Counted from the stretch's first letter, positions 22,174 through 32,375 are shown. The stretch: DNA of 64,000 nt from Fusobacterium sp. (GCF_030528405.1 NZ_JAUMYY010000001.1:10840-74839), one strand, 5' to 3'. Made by a program: numbers and translations. Notes: generated from the letters alone by a model not told the origin.

Positions 22174-22202
22174 AAGTGAAGATTTTTCTGGAGGAATAAA
22201 AA

Positions 22203-23732
22203 ATGTATGCAGATATAATCATAAAGAATGCAAAGTGTGTAACTTTAAATGATGAAAAAGTTTTTGAATGGTTAGCAATAAAAGAAAAAAAAATAATTGC
22301 TATTGATAATGGAGGAAATTATAATTCTCTTATTAAAGAAACTACAATTATATTAGATGCAAAAGGGAAGACTGTTTTACCAGGATTTATAGATAGCCAC
22401 TTTCATCTTGTGCAAACTGCAATGAATGAAGAGGGAGTAAATTTACAAAATGTAAGCTCCTTTAGTGAGATAGGAGAAAAAATAAAAAAAGCTAGTTCAA
22501 ATTCTAAAGAATGTATTTTTGGAGTCAGATTAGATAAAGAAAAATTAAAAGAAAAAAAATTTCCAGACAGAAAAATTCTCGATAAATTTTCAGACGAAAT
22601 ACCTATTTGGATAAATAATTTAGATTACCAAGCTAGCATACTAAATACTTATGGACTTTTATATTATAAAATCCCATTTCGTATTGATGGAATAGAAGTG
22701 GATTCTAAAGGTGCTCCAACAGGAATTTTTAGAGGAAAGGCAAATGCAACTTTAAGAACTAATATATTAAATAGTTATCCAAATAAAAATAGAGAGCAGA
22801 ATATTAGAAAACTTATACCCAAACTCCTTGAAGTTGGTATAACAACAGTGAATGCTATGGAAGGTGGCTATATGTACAGTGATAAAGATGCAAACTTTAT
22901 ATATGAGCATATAGCCGATTTTCCTGTTGATATTGTATTATTTTATCAATGTCTTGATTTAGATAAAGTGAGGGAGAAGAAACTAAATAGAATAGGAGGC
23001 AGTCTTTATATAGATGGAACTATGGGAGCTAGAACAGCAGCCTTGACATTTGAATATAATGATTGTCCAGGAGAAATGGGCTGTCTAATTTTTTCACAAA
23101 AAGAATTAAATGAATTTGTAGAAGAATGCTATCTCAACAAACTACAGTTATCTTTATACACTATTGGAGATAGGGCCATAGAAACAGCTTTAAATGCTCA
23201 TGAATATGCAATGGAAAAAACAGGAATAAAAGGTTTGCGGCACAGGATGGAGCATGTAGAACTTGCTAGCATCTCACAGATAAAAAGAGCTAAAAATTTG
23301 GGAATAATATTTTCTATGAATCCCACTTATGAGAAATATTGGGGAGGCCCAGAAAAAATGTATTCTCAAAGATTAGGGGAGAAATATATAGAAACAAATA
23401 AATTCCGAGAAATTATAGATGAAGGAGTTATTTTATGTGGGGGTTCAGATAGTGATGTTTGCGAATATAATCCTTTCATAGGAATTTATTCTGCAGTAAA
23501 TCACCCTGTAAAAAAGCATAGAATAAGTTTGTATGAAGCTTTAAAGATGTATACAATAAATGCGGCATATGCTATTTTCGAAGAAGATGCTAAGGGAAGT
23601 TTAGAAGTTGGGAAATTAGCTGATATTATAATTTTAGATACAGATATTTTTAAAATTGACATAGAGAATATCGATAAAGTAAAGGTTTTATGTACAATAA
23701 AATCTGGAAAAATACTTCATAGTGTAATCTAG
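22203..23732 (+). CDS. Amidohydro_3 (YtcJ-like) metal-dependent amidohydrolase, paralog 2
   Basis: DSHFHL, TIGDRA and GGSDSDVCE motifs. Confidence 0.75.
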   Translation: MYADIIIKNAKCVTLNDEKVFEWLAIKEKKIIAIDNGGNYNSLIKETTIILDAKGKTVLPGFIDSHFHLVQTAMNEEGVNLQNVSSFSEIGEKIKKASSNSKECIFGVRLDKEKLKEKKFPDRKILDKFSDEIPIWINNLDYQASILNTYGLLYYKIPFRIDGIEVDSKGAPTGIFRGKANATLRTNILNSYPNKNREQNIRKLIPKLLEVGITTVNAMEGGYMYSDKDANFIYEHIADFPVDIVLFYQCLDLDKVREKKLNRIGGSLYIDGTMGARTAALTFEYNDCPGEMGCLIFSQKELNEFVEECYLNKLQLSLYTIGDRAIETALNAHEYAMEKTGIKGLRHRMEHVELASISQIKRAKNLGIIFSMNPTYEKYWGGPEKMYSQRLGEKYIETNKFREIIDEGVILCGGSDSDVCEYNPFIGIYSAVNHPVKKHRISLYEALKMYTINAAYAIFEEDAKGSLEVGKLADIIILDTDIFKIDIENIDKVKVLCTIKSGKILHSVI

Positions 23733-23743
23733 TAGGAGTTCAT

Positions 23744-24883
23744 ATGTTAGAGATAAAATTTCTTGGTAAAGTAAAAATAGAATATGATGGAGAAAATATT
23801 ACAAATAAATTTGGAGCAAAAACAAAGGCACTTTTAAGTTTATTAGTTTTGAATAAAAATAAACCATTAAATAGAGAGAAAATAGTTTCATATCTTTGGC
23901 CAGATAGTTCTGAGGATTCTGGAAAATTTAATCTCCGTTTTAATCTTTGGCAGTTAAGAAACGCTATAGGTATAGATAAAAATGGAAATAAATTTTTAAA
24001 TACAGGAAGAAGCCACTGTGGGATAAATATAAATTATACTTTTAGCTGTGATATAATAGATATTAAAGCATTTGAAATAAAAGAAAAAATAACTATCAAG
24101 GAATTAGAAGAATTACGAAATAAATTTAGTGGTGATTTTTTTGAAGGTTTTTACTTTAAGAATTGTGAAGAATTTAATGAGAATATAATTTTAGAAAGAA
24201 GTTATTTTGAAGACAAAAAAATAAAAATTTTATTAAAATTAGTTGAGCTGTATGAAATAGAAAAAAATTTTGAAAAGTGCAGTGACATTCTTAAGGAATT
24301 AGCGAACATAGAACCCTATGATGAAGAAATTGCTCTTAGAATGATAGAAATATATGAAAAAAGTGGAAAAAGGAGCTCAGCTATTATATTTTATGATAAT
24401 TTTAAAAAAAGGCTTATGACATTTTTAGGAATTTCGCCTTCTGAAGAGTTAGAAAGAAAATACTTAGATTTAAAATCTAAAGATATAAGAAAAGACAAAC
24501 ATAATATAATTATTGAAAAAGGAAAAGGATTAAATACAAACGAAAAGGAGATAATTATAGAGACTCATTGTATAGGCGAAGTAAAATATTATTGGATAAG
24601 TAATTTTTTAGATAGACTTACAGAAAGAATAAATATAGAGGATTACTTAAATAAAAGAGAGATAAAAGATTTAGGATATATTAATGTAAAGTTCATTACA
24701 GATGAATTATTAATTGCACCTCCTGATGTTAGACTGATTAATATTTTGCTAAAACTTTTAGAAGGGATGAATAATAAAAATAGGCTTATGATTAAAATAG
24801 TTAATATAGAGAAAATAGATTTAATTTCTAAAATATTTTTAGAAGAAATTGAGAAAAGAAAACTTGCTATAATAGAAAAATAA
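23744..24883 (+). CDS. SARP/BTAD-type transcriptional regulator (OmpR-like winged helix plus BTAD plus extra C-terminal domain)
   Basis: N-terminal pattern MLEIKFLGKVKIEYDG...KTKALLSLLVLNKNKPLNREKIVSYLWPD...LRFNLWQLRNAIG matches SARP DNA-binding domains; downstream is a TPR-like BTAD region. Confidence 0.55.
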   Translation: MLEIKFLGKVKIEYDGENITNKFGAKTKALLSLLVLNKNKPLNREKIVSYLWPDSSEDSGKFNLRFNLWQLRNAIGIDKNGNKFLNTGRSHCGININYTFSCDIIDIKAFEIKEKITIKELEELRNKFSGDFFEGFYFKNCEEFNENIILERSYFEDKKIKILLKLVELYEIEKNFEKCSDILKELANIEPYDEEIALRMIEIYEKSGKRSSAIIFYDNFKKRLMTFLGISPSEELERKYLDLKSKDIRKDKHNIIIEKGKGLNTNEKEIIIETHCIGEVKYYWISNFLDRLTERINIEDYLNKREIKDLGYINVKFITDELLIAPPDVRLINILLKLLEGMNNKNRLMIKIVNIEKIDLISKIFLEEIEKRKLAIIEK

Positions 24884-24886
24884 AGG

Positions 24887-24919
24887 GTAAACTAGTTGAT
24901 TATCAGTTTACTCTTTTTT
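24887..24919 (+). terminator. rho-independent terminator after the SARP gene
   Basis: GTAAACT...AGTTTAC stem plus TCTTTTTT. Confidence 0.6.
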
Positions 24920-25068
24920 AATATATGATAACTATTTTATTTATTTTAGAAATTAAAAAAATTTTTTATATTTAATTTTTTGTTTTTTATGAAAAAAATA
25001 ATAATTTAGATTTAGTTAAATACATTTTAATTTTGAAATTAAAATATATTTATTAATTTTTTTTAAAA

Positions 25069-25084
25069 AATAGTATATACTATT
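25069..25084. promoter_or_regulatory. perfect 16-bp palindrome AATAGTATATACTATT upstream of hemA, a candidate operator
   Basis: seen directly in the sequence, 32-47 bp upstream of the hemA ATG. Confidence 0.3.
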
Positions 25085-25115
25085 AGAAGTTATTAAATAA
25101 AAGAAGGGAAACGAT

Positions 25116-26126
25116 ATGTCAAATTTAGAAAATTTTATTGTTATAGGGGTATCACATGAGAGCCTTTCCTTAGATGAGAGGGAAAGATTTATAAAAACAA
25201 AACCTAAACAGATAATAGATAAATTATTTTTAGAAAAAAAAATAAAAGCTTATGTAAATCTATCTACCTGTCTTAGAGTTGAATTTTATTTGGAATTAGA
25301 AGATAAAATAAATTGTGAAGAAATAAAAGAATTTTTTTCTTTAAAAAATATCTATATGAAAAGAGCTTTAGAAGCTGTAGATTATTTATTTAAACTTAGC
25401 TGTGGTTTTCATTCAATTATTAAAGGTGAAGATCAAATTTTAACACAAATTAAATTTTCGTATTCAGAAGCACTTCAAAATAAACATAGTTCTAAATTAA
25501 TAAATATTATCTTTAATAAAGCGGTAGAATTAGGTAAAAAATTTAGAACAGAGAGTAATATAGCTCATAATGCTCTTTCTTTAGAAGCAATTTCTTTAAA
25601 GTTTATAAAATCAAAATTTGATAATCTAAGCCAGAAAAATATTTTTATTTTAGGGATTGGAGATTTATCACAAGATATTCTAAGAATTTTATTAAAGGAT
25701 AATTTAAAAAATATCTTTATAACAAATAGAACTTATCATACAGCAGAGCAAATAAAGGATAAATTTCCAAGTGTGAATTTAATTGATTATAGAGAAAAAT
25801 ATGAAGGTTTAGTTAAAGCAGATATAATAATAAGTGCAACTTCTGCATCTCATTATGTTGTTGAATATGAAAAATTTGTAGATAAAATGCAAAGAAATAG
25901 GGAATATCTATTTTTAGACTTAGCAGTACCAAGAGATGTCGATGAAAGATTAGCACTTCACAAAAATATAAGTATTTTTAACTTAGATGATATATGGGAA
26001 ATTTATAGAAAGAATGTTTGTAATAGAGATAAAATTTTAGAAGAATATTCGTACCTTATAGAAGAACAACATAAAAAATTAATCGAAAAAATAGAAAATT
26101 CGTCTAAATATAGAAAAGGAGAATAG
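25116..26126 (+). CDS. hemA: glutamyl-tRNA reductase
   Basis: GluTR N-terminal motif (VIGVSHESLSLDERE) and NADPH-binding region. Confidence 0.85.
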   Translation: MSNLENFIVIGVSHESLSLDERERFIKTKPKQIIDKLFLEKKIKAYVNLSTCLRVEFYLELEDKINCEEIKEFFSLKNIYMKRALEAVDYLFKLSCGFHSIIKGEDQILTQIKFSYSEALQNKHSSKLINIIFNKAVELGKKFRTESNIAHNALSLEAISLKFIKSKFDNLSQKNIFILGIGDLSQDILRILLKDNLKNIFITNRTYHTAEQIKDKFPSVNLIDYREKYEGLVKADIIISATSASHYVVEYEKFVDKMQRNREYLFLDLAVPRDVDERLALHKNISIFNLDDIWEIYRKNVCNRDKILEEYSYLIEEQHKKLIEKIENSSKYRKGE

Positions 26127-26128
26127 CT

Positions 26129-27040
26129 TTGGAAAAAAAAATAATTATTGGAACTAGAGGTAGTATATTAGCTCTTGCTCAAGCAAAAGAAGTGAAGAAA
26201 AATCTTTCTTTTTTCTATCCAGAATATAATTTTGAAATAAAGCCTATAACTACAAGTGGCGATAAGGATTTAAAATCAAATTGGGAAAATAGTGATAAAT
26301 CTTTAAAAAGTTTTTTTACCAAGGAGATAGAACAGGAATTATTAGAAGGAACAATAGATATTGCAGTTCACTCTATGAAGGATATGCCTTCAATTTCACC
26401 GAAGGGACTTATCTGTGGTGCTATTTCTGAAAGAGAAGATGTAAGAGACGTATTAGTTTCAAAAGAAGGTAAGCTTTTTCCTATGCTTCCAAAAGGAGCA
26501 AAGATAGGAACAAGCTCACTTAGAAGAACTATGAATATGAAGACAGTAAGAGAAGATTTAGAAATTAAACATTTGAGAGGAAATATACATACAAGGCTTA
26601 AAAAACTTGAAGAAGAGGACTATGATGCAATAGTTCTTGCAGCAGCCGGACTAAAGAGAGTAGGGCTTGCAGATAGGATAACGGAATATTTAGATGGAAC
26701 AATCTTTCCACCTGCTCCAGCTCAAGGAGCACTGTATATACAGTGTAGAGAAAATGACAGCTTCATAAAAGAACTTTTAACTTGTATTCATGATGAGAAA
26801 ACAGCTAAAATAGTTGAAATAGAGAGAGAATTTTCAAAAATTTTCGATGGAGGTTGTCATACTCCCATGGGTTGTTATTCACAGGTAAATGGAGATAAAA
26901 TAAAATTTACAGCTGTCTATTCTGATGGAGGAAAGCAAATTAAAGCCGTTGTTGAGGAATATTTATCAAAGGGAAAAGAAATTGCATATGTGGCAGCTGA
27001 AGAAATAAAAAGTAAAATTAATAAAGGAACTATACAATAG
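26129..27040 (+). CDS. hemC: hydroxymethylbilane synthase (porphobilinogen deaminase)
   Basis: IGTRGSILALAQA motif; TTG start with SD AAAGGAG. Confidence 0.85.
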   Translation: MEKKIIIGTRGSILALAQAKEVKKNLSFFYPEYNFEIKPITTSGDKDLKSNWENSDKSLKSFFTKEIEQELLEGTIDIAVHSMKDMPSISPKGLICGAISEREDVRDVLVSKEGKLFPMLPKGAKIGTSSLRRTMNMKTVREDLEIKHLRGNIHTRLKKLEEEDYDAIVLAAAGLKRVGLADRITEYLDGTIFPPAPAQGALYIQCRENDSFIKELLTCIHDEKTAKIVEIEREFSKIFDGGCHTPMGCYSQVNGDKIKFTAVYSDGGKQIKAVVEEYLSKGKEIAYVAAEEIKSKINKGTIQ

Positions 27041-27048
27041 GAGTTTTT

Positions 27049-27627
27049 ATGAAAAATTTAATAAGATGTGATTGGGCAAATAAAAGTGAATTAGAAAAAA
27101 AATATCATGATGAAGAATGGGGGATACCTGTTCATGATGATAAAAAACTTTTTAAAATGCTAATTTTAGAAGGAAAACAAGCTGGTTTAAGTTGGACTAC
27201 TATTCTTTCTAAAATGGATACCTTATGTGAAGCATTTGATGATTTTGACCCTAATATTATTATAAAATATGAGAATAAAAAAGTAGAAAGTCTTTTAAAA
27301 AATGAAGGAATAATAAGAAATAAATTAAAAATAAATGCTGTTATCAATAATGCTAAGAAGTATTTTAAACTTTGTGAAGAATTTGGTTCATTAGATAGCT
27401 ATTTATGGGCTTATGTAGATAATAAACCAATTAATAATTCTTGGACTAAGATTGAAGAAGTTCCTGCTAAAACAGAACTATCTGATAAAATAAGTAAGGA
27501 TTTAAAAAAGAGAGGCTTTAAATTTGTAGGCAGTACCATAATTTATGCTTTTATGCAGGCAATAGGAATGGTAAATGATCATTTAGTAACTTGTTCTTTT
27601 TACCATAAAGTAGAGGAGAAAAAATGA
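27049..27627 (+). CDS. tag: DNA-3-methyladenine glycosylase I
   Basis: Tag family motifs (WGIPVHDD, EGKQAGLSW). Confidence 0.8.
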   Translation: MKNLIRCDWANKSELEKKYHDEEWGIPVHDDKKLFKMLILEGKQAGLSWTTILSKMDTLCEAFDDFDPNIIIKYENKKVESLLKNEGIIRNKLKINAVINNAKKYFKLCEEFGSLDSYLWAYVDNKPINNSWTKIEEVPAKTELSDKISKDLKKRGFKFVGSTIIYAFMQAIGMVNDHLVTCSFYHKVEEKK

Positions 27628-29081
27628 AAAGAGGAAGAGCATATATAATTGGAGCAGGTCCCGGAGATTTTGAGCTTTTAACATTGAAGGCAAAAAGAAT
27701 AATAGAAAATGCCGACTGTATTATATATGATAGATTAATTAGTAAAGATATATTGAAACTTGCTAAGAAAGATGCAGAACTTATATATCTTGGGAAAGGA
27801 AATACAGAAGGTGGTTTAATTCAAGATGAAATAAATCAGACTCTTGTGAAAAAATGTCTTGAAGGTAAAAATGTTGCAAGAGTAAAAGGTGGAGATCCCT
27901 TTGTTTTTGGAAGAGGTGGAGAAGAGATTGAAGCCTTGGTAGAAAATGAAATTGAATTTGAATTGATTCCTGGTATAACATCTTCAATATCCGTTCCAGC
28001 CTATGCAGGAATACCTGTAACACATAGAGGACTTGCAAGATCTTTTCATGTTTTTACAGGTCACACTATGGAAAATGGAAAGTGGCATAACTTTGAAAAT
28101 ATAGCTAAACTTGAGGGGACTTTAGTCTTTTTAATGGGAGTTAAAAACTTAGATCTGATAGTAAATGATTTGATAAAATATGGAAAAAGTCCTAAAACAG
28201 CAGTTGCCGTTATAGAAAAAGGTGCAACTGAAAATCAGAGGGTGACAGTTGGAACTTTGGAAAATATACTGAAGTTAGCTGAGGAAAATAAAATAAATCC
28301 ACCAGCTATAACAATAATTGGGGATGTAGTAAACTTAAGAGAAACTTTTAAATGGTTTGAAAATAAAAATCCTGCTAAAAAAATATTGGTAACCAGAGAT
28401 AAAAAACAGGCTATTGAAATGTCTCAGAATATTTCTAAAAGAGGAGGCATTTCTTTAGAATTAGCCCTTATAGAGATAGAAAACTTAAAAATAAATATGG
28501 AAGATTTAGTGAAATATAAGGCAATTCTATTTAACTCACCCAATGGAGTAAAGGCATTCTTTGAAAATATAAAAGATATTAGGAAGCTAGCAAATATAAA
28601 AATTGGAGCAGTTGGAGTAAAAACAAAAGAAGTTTTAGAAAGATATAAAATAGTTCCAGATTTTATGCCTAACGAGTATTTGGTAGATAAATTGGCAGAA
28701 GAAGTAGTTAATTTTACAAGTGAAAATGAAAATATTTTAATAGTTACATCTGATATTTCTCCCTGCGATATAGAAAAATATAATAAGTTATATAATAGAA
28801 ATTATGAAAAACTTGTAGCTTATAAAACTAAAAAATTGAAAGTTGATAAAAAAGAACTTGTAGAAAAAATAAAAGATGTGGATATTATAACTTTTTTAAG
28901 TTCATCAACAGTTGAGGCATTTTATGAAAGCTTAGATGGAGATTTCTTTATTCTAGGAGATAAAAAAATTGCATCAATTGGACCTATGACCAGTGAAACT
29001 ATAAGAAGATTAGGAATGAAAGTTGCTTATGAGGCAGAAACATATACAGCAGATGGTTTGCTTGATATAATTTTCAGATAG
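27624..29081 (+). CDS. cobA: bifunctional uroporphyrinogen-III C-methyltransferase / uroporphyrinogen-III synthase
   Basis: N-terminal SUMT motifs (YIIGAGPGD, VARVKGGDPFVFGRGGEE) plus a ~240-aa HemD-like C-terminal half. Confidence 0.85.
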   Translation: MKRGRAYIIGAGPGDFELLTLKAKRIIENADCIIYDRLISKDILKLAKKDAELIYLGKGNTEGGLIQDEINQTLVKKCLEGKNVARVKGGDPFVFGRGGEEIEALVENEIEFELIPGITSSISVPAYAGIPVTHRGLARSFHVFTGHTMENGKWHNFENIAKLEGTLVFLMGVKNLDLIVNDLIKYGKSPKTAVAVIEKGATENQRVTVGTLENILKLAEENKINPPAITIIGDVVNLRETFKWFENKNPAKKILVTRDKKQAIEMSQNISKRGGISLELALIEIENLKINMEDLVKYKAILFNSPNGVKAFFENIKDIRKLANIKIGAVGVKTKEVLERYKIVPDFMPNEYLVDKLAEEVVNFTSENENILIVTSDISPCDIEKYNKLYNRNYEKLVAYKTKKLKVDKKELVEKIKDVDIITFLSSSTVEAFYESLDGDFFILGDKKIASIGPMTSETIRRLGMKVAYEAETYTADGLLDIIFR

Positions 29082-29091
29082 GAGCTATAAG

Positions 29092-29475
29092 ATGAAAATA
29101 GAACACATAGCAATGTATGTAAATGATTTAGAGAAAGTAAAAGAATTTTTTATAAAGTATCTGGGTGCAAAATCAAACGAAATCTATCATAATAAAAATA
29201 CAGATTTCAAGTCTTATTTTCTTTCTTTTGATGATGGAGCAAGGTTAGAAATAATGACAAAGCCAAATATTCAAAATGAAAAAAAATATTTACAAAGAAC
29301 AGGTTTAATTCATATAGCTTTTAGCTTAGGAACTAAAGAAAAAGTTGATGAATTAACTGAAATATTAAAAAGAGATGGCTATGAAGTATTAAGTGGTCCG
29401 AGAACAACAGGAGATGGCTACTATGAAAGTTGTATTTTAGCTATTGAAGAAAACCAGATTGAATTGACAATATAA
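29092..29475 (+). CDS. VOC/glyoxalase-family protein
   Basis: glyoxalase fold motifs (IEHIAMYVNDLE..., HIAF). Confidence 0.65.
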   Translation: MKIEHIAMYVNDLEKVKEFFIKYLGAKSNEIYHNKNTDFKSYFLSFDDGARLEIMTKPNIQNEKKYLQRTGLIHIAFSLGTKEKVDELTEILKRDGYEVLSGPRTTGDGYYESCILAIEENQIELTI

Positions 29476-29478
29476 ATA

Positions 29479-29546
29479 AAAAAGGCGTTGGAGCTATTGT
29501 AAACGGTATTTTAAAGATTTACTTAATAGACTTCAACCTTTTTTAT
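29479..29546 (+). terminator. imperfect hairpin plus T-run after the VOC gene, an internal terminator in the hem cluster
   Basis: AAAAGGCGTTGGAG...CTTCAACCTTTTTT. Confidence 0.4.
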
Positions 29547-29621
29547 TTAATTGTTTATATTTTTTAAAACTTATGCTATTATTTTAAATAAGAAATACTA
29601 ATTTAATTTGAAAGGAAAAAA

Positions 29622-30590
29622 ATGTTTACAAGGACAAGAAGACTTAGGAAAAACTTTCTTTTAAGAGAAATGGTAAAAAATGTAAATTTAGATATAAGTT
29701 CATTTATCTACCCTATTTTTGTTACTGATGGACAAAATATAAAATCTGAAATTCCATCAATGCCTGAGCAATTTAGATATTCGCTTGATAGATTGAATGA
29801 GGAATTAGATGAACTATTGAAACTAGGAATAAAGTCAATTTTACTTTTTGGGATACCAGAACACAAAGATGAGATAGGTAGCCAAGCTTATTCTAAGGAT
29901 GGAATAGTACAAAGAGCAATAAGACAAATTAAAAAGAATTATGGAGATAAGTTTTTAATAATAACAGATGTATGTATGTGTGAGTATACATCACATGGTC
30001 ATTGTGGAGTTTTACATAATTATGATGTAGATAATGATAAAACTTTAGAGTACTTAGCTAAGATAGCGTTATCTCATGCTGAGGCTGGTACAGATATAAT
30101 AGCACCATCTGATATGATGGATGGTAGAATTTTAAAAATAAGATCTGAGCTTGATAAGAATAATTTTAAGGATATTTCTATTATGGCTTATAGTGTTAAA
30201 TATTCATCAGCTTATTATGGACCTTTTAGAGAGGCAGCAGATTCTTGTCCAAGTTTCGGAGATAGAAAATCTTATCAGATGGATTTTAGAAATAATAAAA
30301 ATTTCTACAGAGAAGTTGAAGCTGATACAGAAGAAGGAGCAGATTTTATTATGGTAAAACCTGCAATGGCCTATTTGGATGTTATAAAAAAAGTTTCAGA
30401 AGTAACAGATTTACCTGTTGTTGCATATAATGTAAGTGGAGAGTATTCTATGGTTAAGGCTGCTGCTCAAAATGGTTGGATAGATGAAGAGAAAATAGTT
30501 ATAGAAAATATGTTTGCACTGAAAAGGGCAGGAGCTGAAATAATAATAAGTTATCATGCTAAAGACATAGCAAAATGGCTAAAGAAATAA
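29622..30590 (+). CDS. hemB: porphobilinogen synthase (delta-aminolevulinic acid dehydratase)
   Basis: ALAD family, 322 aa, with active-site lysines conserved. Confidence 0.9.
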   Translation: MFTRTRRLRKNFLLREMVKNVNLDISSFIYPIFVTDGQNIKSEIPSMPEQFRYSLDRLNEELDELLKLGIKSILLFGIPEHKDEIGSQAYSKDGIVQRAIRQIKKNYGDKFLIITDVCMCEYTSHGHCGVLHNYDVDNDKTLEYLAKIALSHAEAGTDIIAPSDMMDGRILKIRSELDKNNFKDISIMAYSVKYSSAYYGPFREAADSCPSFGDRKSYQMDFRNNKNFYREVEADTEEGADFIMVKPAMAYLDVIKKVSEVTDLPVVAYNVSGEYSMVKAAAQNGWIDEEKIVIENMFALKRAGAEIIISYHAKDIAKWLKK

Positions 30591-30607
30591 ATTTGTAGGA
30601 GATAAGA

Positions 30608-31915
30608 ATGAAATTCGAAAATTCAAAAAATCTATATAAAAAAGCTCTTGAATTGATACCAGGAGGAGTTAACAGTCCAGTTAGAGCATTTAAATCTGTG
30701 AATAGAGAAGCACCTATCTTTATAAAAAAAGGTGAGGGAGCAAAGATTTGGGATGAAGATGGAAATGAGTACATAGATTATATTTGTTCTTGGGGTCCAT
30801 TGATATTGGGACATAATCATCCAAAAGTTTTGGAAGCTGTAAATGAAATAATAGCAAATGGAAGTTCTTATGGTTTACCAACGAAATATGAAGTTGATTT
30901 GGCGGAGCTAATTATAGAAACAGTTCCTTCTATTGAGAAAGTTAGACTTACAACTTCTGGAACAGAGGCTACTATGTCAGCAGTAAGACTTGCGAGAGCT
31001 TATACAAAGAGAAACAAAATTTTAAAATTTGAGGGTTGTTATCATGGACATTCTGATGCCTTACTTGTAAAGTCAGGTTCAGGTCTTTTGACAGATGGCT
31101 ATCAGGATAGTAATGGTATAACTGATGCAGTGATAAAAGATACTTTAACTTTGCCTTTTGGTGATATAGAAAAATTGAAAAAATTACTTCTAAATGAAGA
31201 TATAGCCTGTGTAATTATAGAGCCTATTCCTGCTAATATGGGGCTTATAGAAACGCATAAAGAATTTTTAATAGAAGTTAGAGAAATAACAAAGAAAACA
31301 GGAACTATTCTAATTTTTGATGAGGTTATATCAGGCTTTAGACTAGCTCTAGGTGGAGCACAGGAATACTTTAACATCAGCCCAGATTTAACAACTCTTG
31401 GTAAAATAATAGGTGGAGGTTATCCTGTTGGTGCCTTTGGCGGCAAAAAAGAAATAATGGATTTGGTTGCTCCAGTTGGCAGAGTGTATCATGCTGGAAC
31501 TTTGTCAGGAAATCCTATTTCAGCAAAAGCAGGTTTTGCAACTATAAAATACTTAAAAGAAAATAAAAAAGAAGTTTATAAGGAATTGGAAGAAAAAACT
31601 ATATACCTTATTGAAAGAATAAATAAATTGGCAGAAAAATATTCGGTTAATATTTGTTTAAACCACTTAGGTTCTTTATTCACAATATTTTTTACAGATA
31701 GTCATAAGGTTGAGAATTTAGATGATTCTTTGAAATCAGATACAGAGAACTTTTCTATTTATTTCAATACTATGCTTGAAGAGGGTATAATAGTTCCGCC
31801 TTCACAGTTTGAAGCACATTTCTTATCATTGGCTCATACTAAGGAAGATTTAGATAAAACTTTAGTTTCTATTGAAAAGGCATTTAAGAAAATAGGAGAA
31901 AAAAATGGAAAGTAA
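30608..31915 (+). CDS. hemL: glutamate-1-semialdehyde 2,1-aminomutase
   Basis: class-III aminotransferase, GSA-AM signature. Confidence 0.9.
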   Translation: MKFENSKNLYKKALELIPGGVNSPVRAFKSVNREAPIFIKKGEGAKIWDEDGNEYIDYICSWGPLILGHNHPKVLEAVNEIIANGSSYGLPTKYEVDLAELIIETVPSIEKVRLTTSGTEATMSAVRLARAYTKRNKILKFEGCYHGHSDALLVKSGSGLLTDGYQDSNGITDAVIKDTLTLPFGDIEKLKKLLLNEDIACVIIEPIPANMGLIETHKEFLIEVREITKKTGTILIFDEVISGFRLALGGAQEYFNISPDLTTLGKIIGGGYPVGAFGGKKEIMDLVAPVGRVYHAGTLSGNPISAKAGFATIKYLKENKKEVYKELEEKTIYLIERINKLAEKYSVNICLNHLGSLFTIFFTDSHKVENLDDSLKSDTENFSIYFNTMLEEGIIVPPSQFEAHFLSLAHTKEDLDKTLVSIEKAFKKIGEKNGK

Positions 31916-32375
31916 ATTTTTTCCAGTAAGCATTGATTTGACAAATAAAAATGTTTTAGTAGTAGGTGCTGGGAAAATTGCATTCAGAAAGGTTGAGACA
32001 CTAGTAAAACAGGGCTGTAATATAAAAGTTATAACAAGAACTGTTGAGGAACAAAACTTTGAAAAATTACTAAAGGATAAAAAAATTTTCTTAGAAATTG
32101 AAAGAGAATTTAAAGAGGAAGATTTAAAGGATATTTTTTTAGTTGTTGCCGCTACATCAGATGAGAAAATGAATAAATATATTTCTGAACTATGCATATC
32201 CAGAAATATTTTAGTTAATAACATAAGTTCAAAAACTGATATGAATTTAAGATTTTCAAGTATTTTTGAGACAGAAGATTTTCAGATTGCTGTATCAACA
32301 AAAGAGGGGAATCCTAAAAAAGCATTAGAAATAAGGGATATGATAAGAGATTGTTTTAATAGAGGAGAAAAATAG
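31905..32375 (+). CDS. sirC: precorrin-2 dehydrogenase / sirohydrochlorin ferrochelatase (CysG N-terminal type)
   Basis: Rossmann VVGAGKIA motif, 156 aa. Confidence 0.75.
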   Translation: MESKFFPVSIDLTNKNVLVVGAGKIAFRKVETLVKQGCNIKVITRTVEEQNFEKLLKDKKIFLEIEREFKEEDLKDIFLVVAATSDEKMNKYISELCISRNILVNNISSKTDMNLRFSSIFETEDFQIAVSTKEGNPKKALEIRDMIRDCFNRGEK

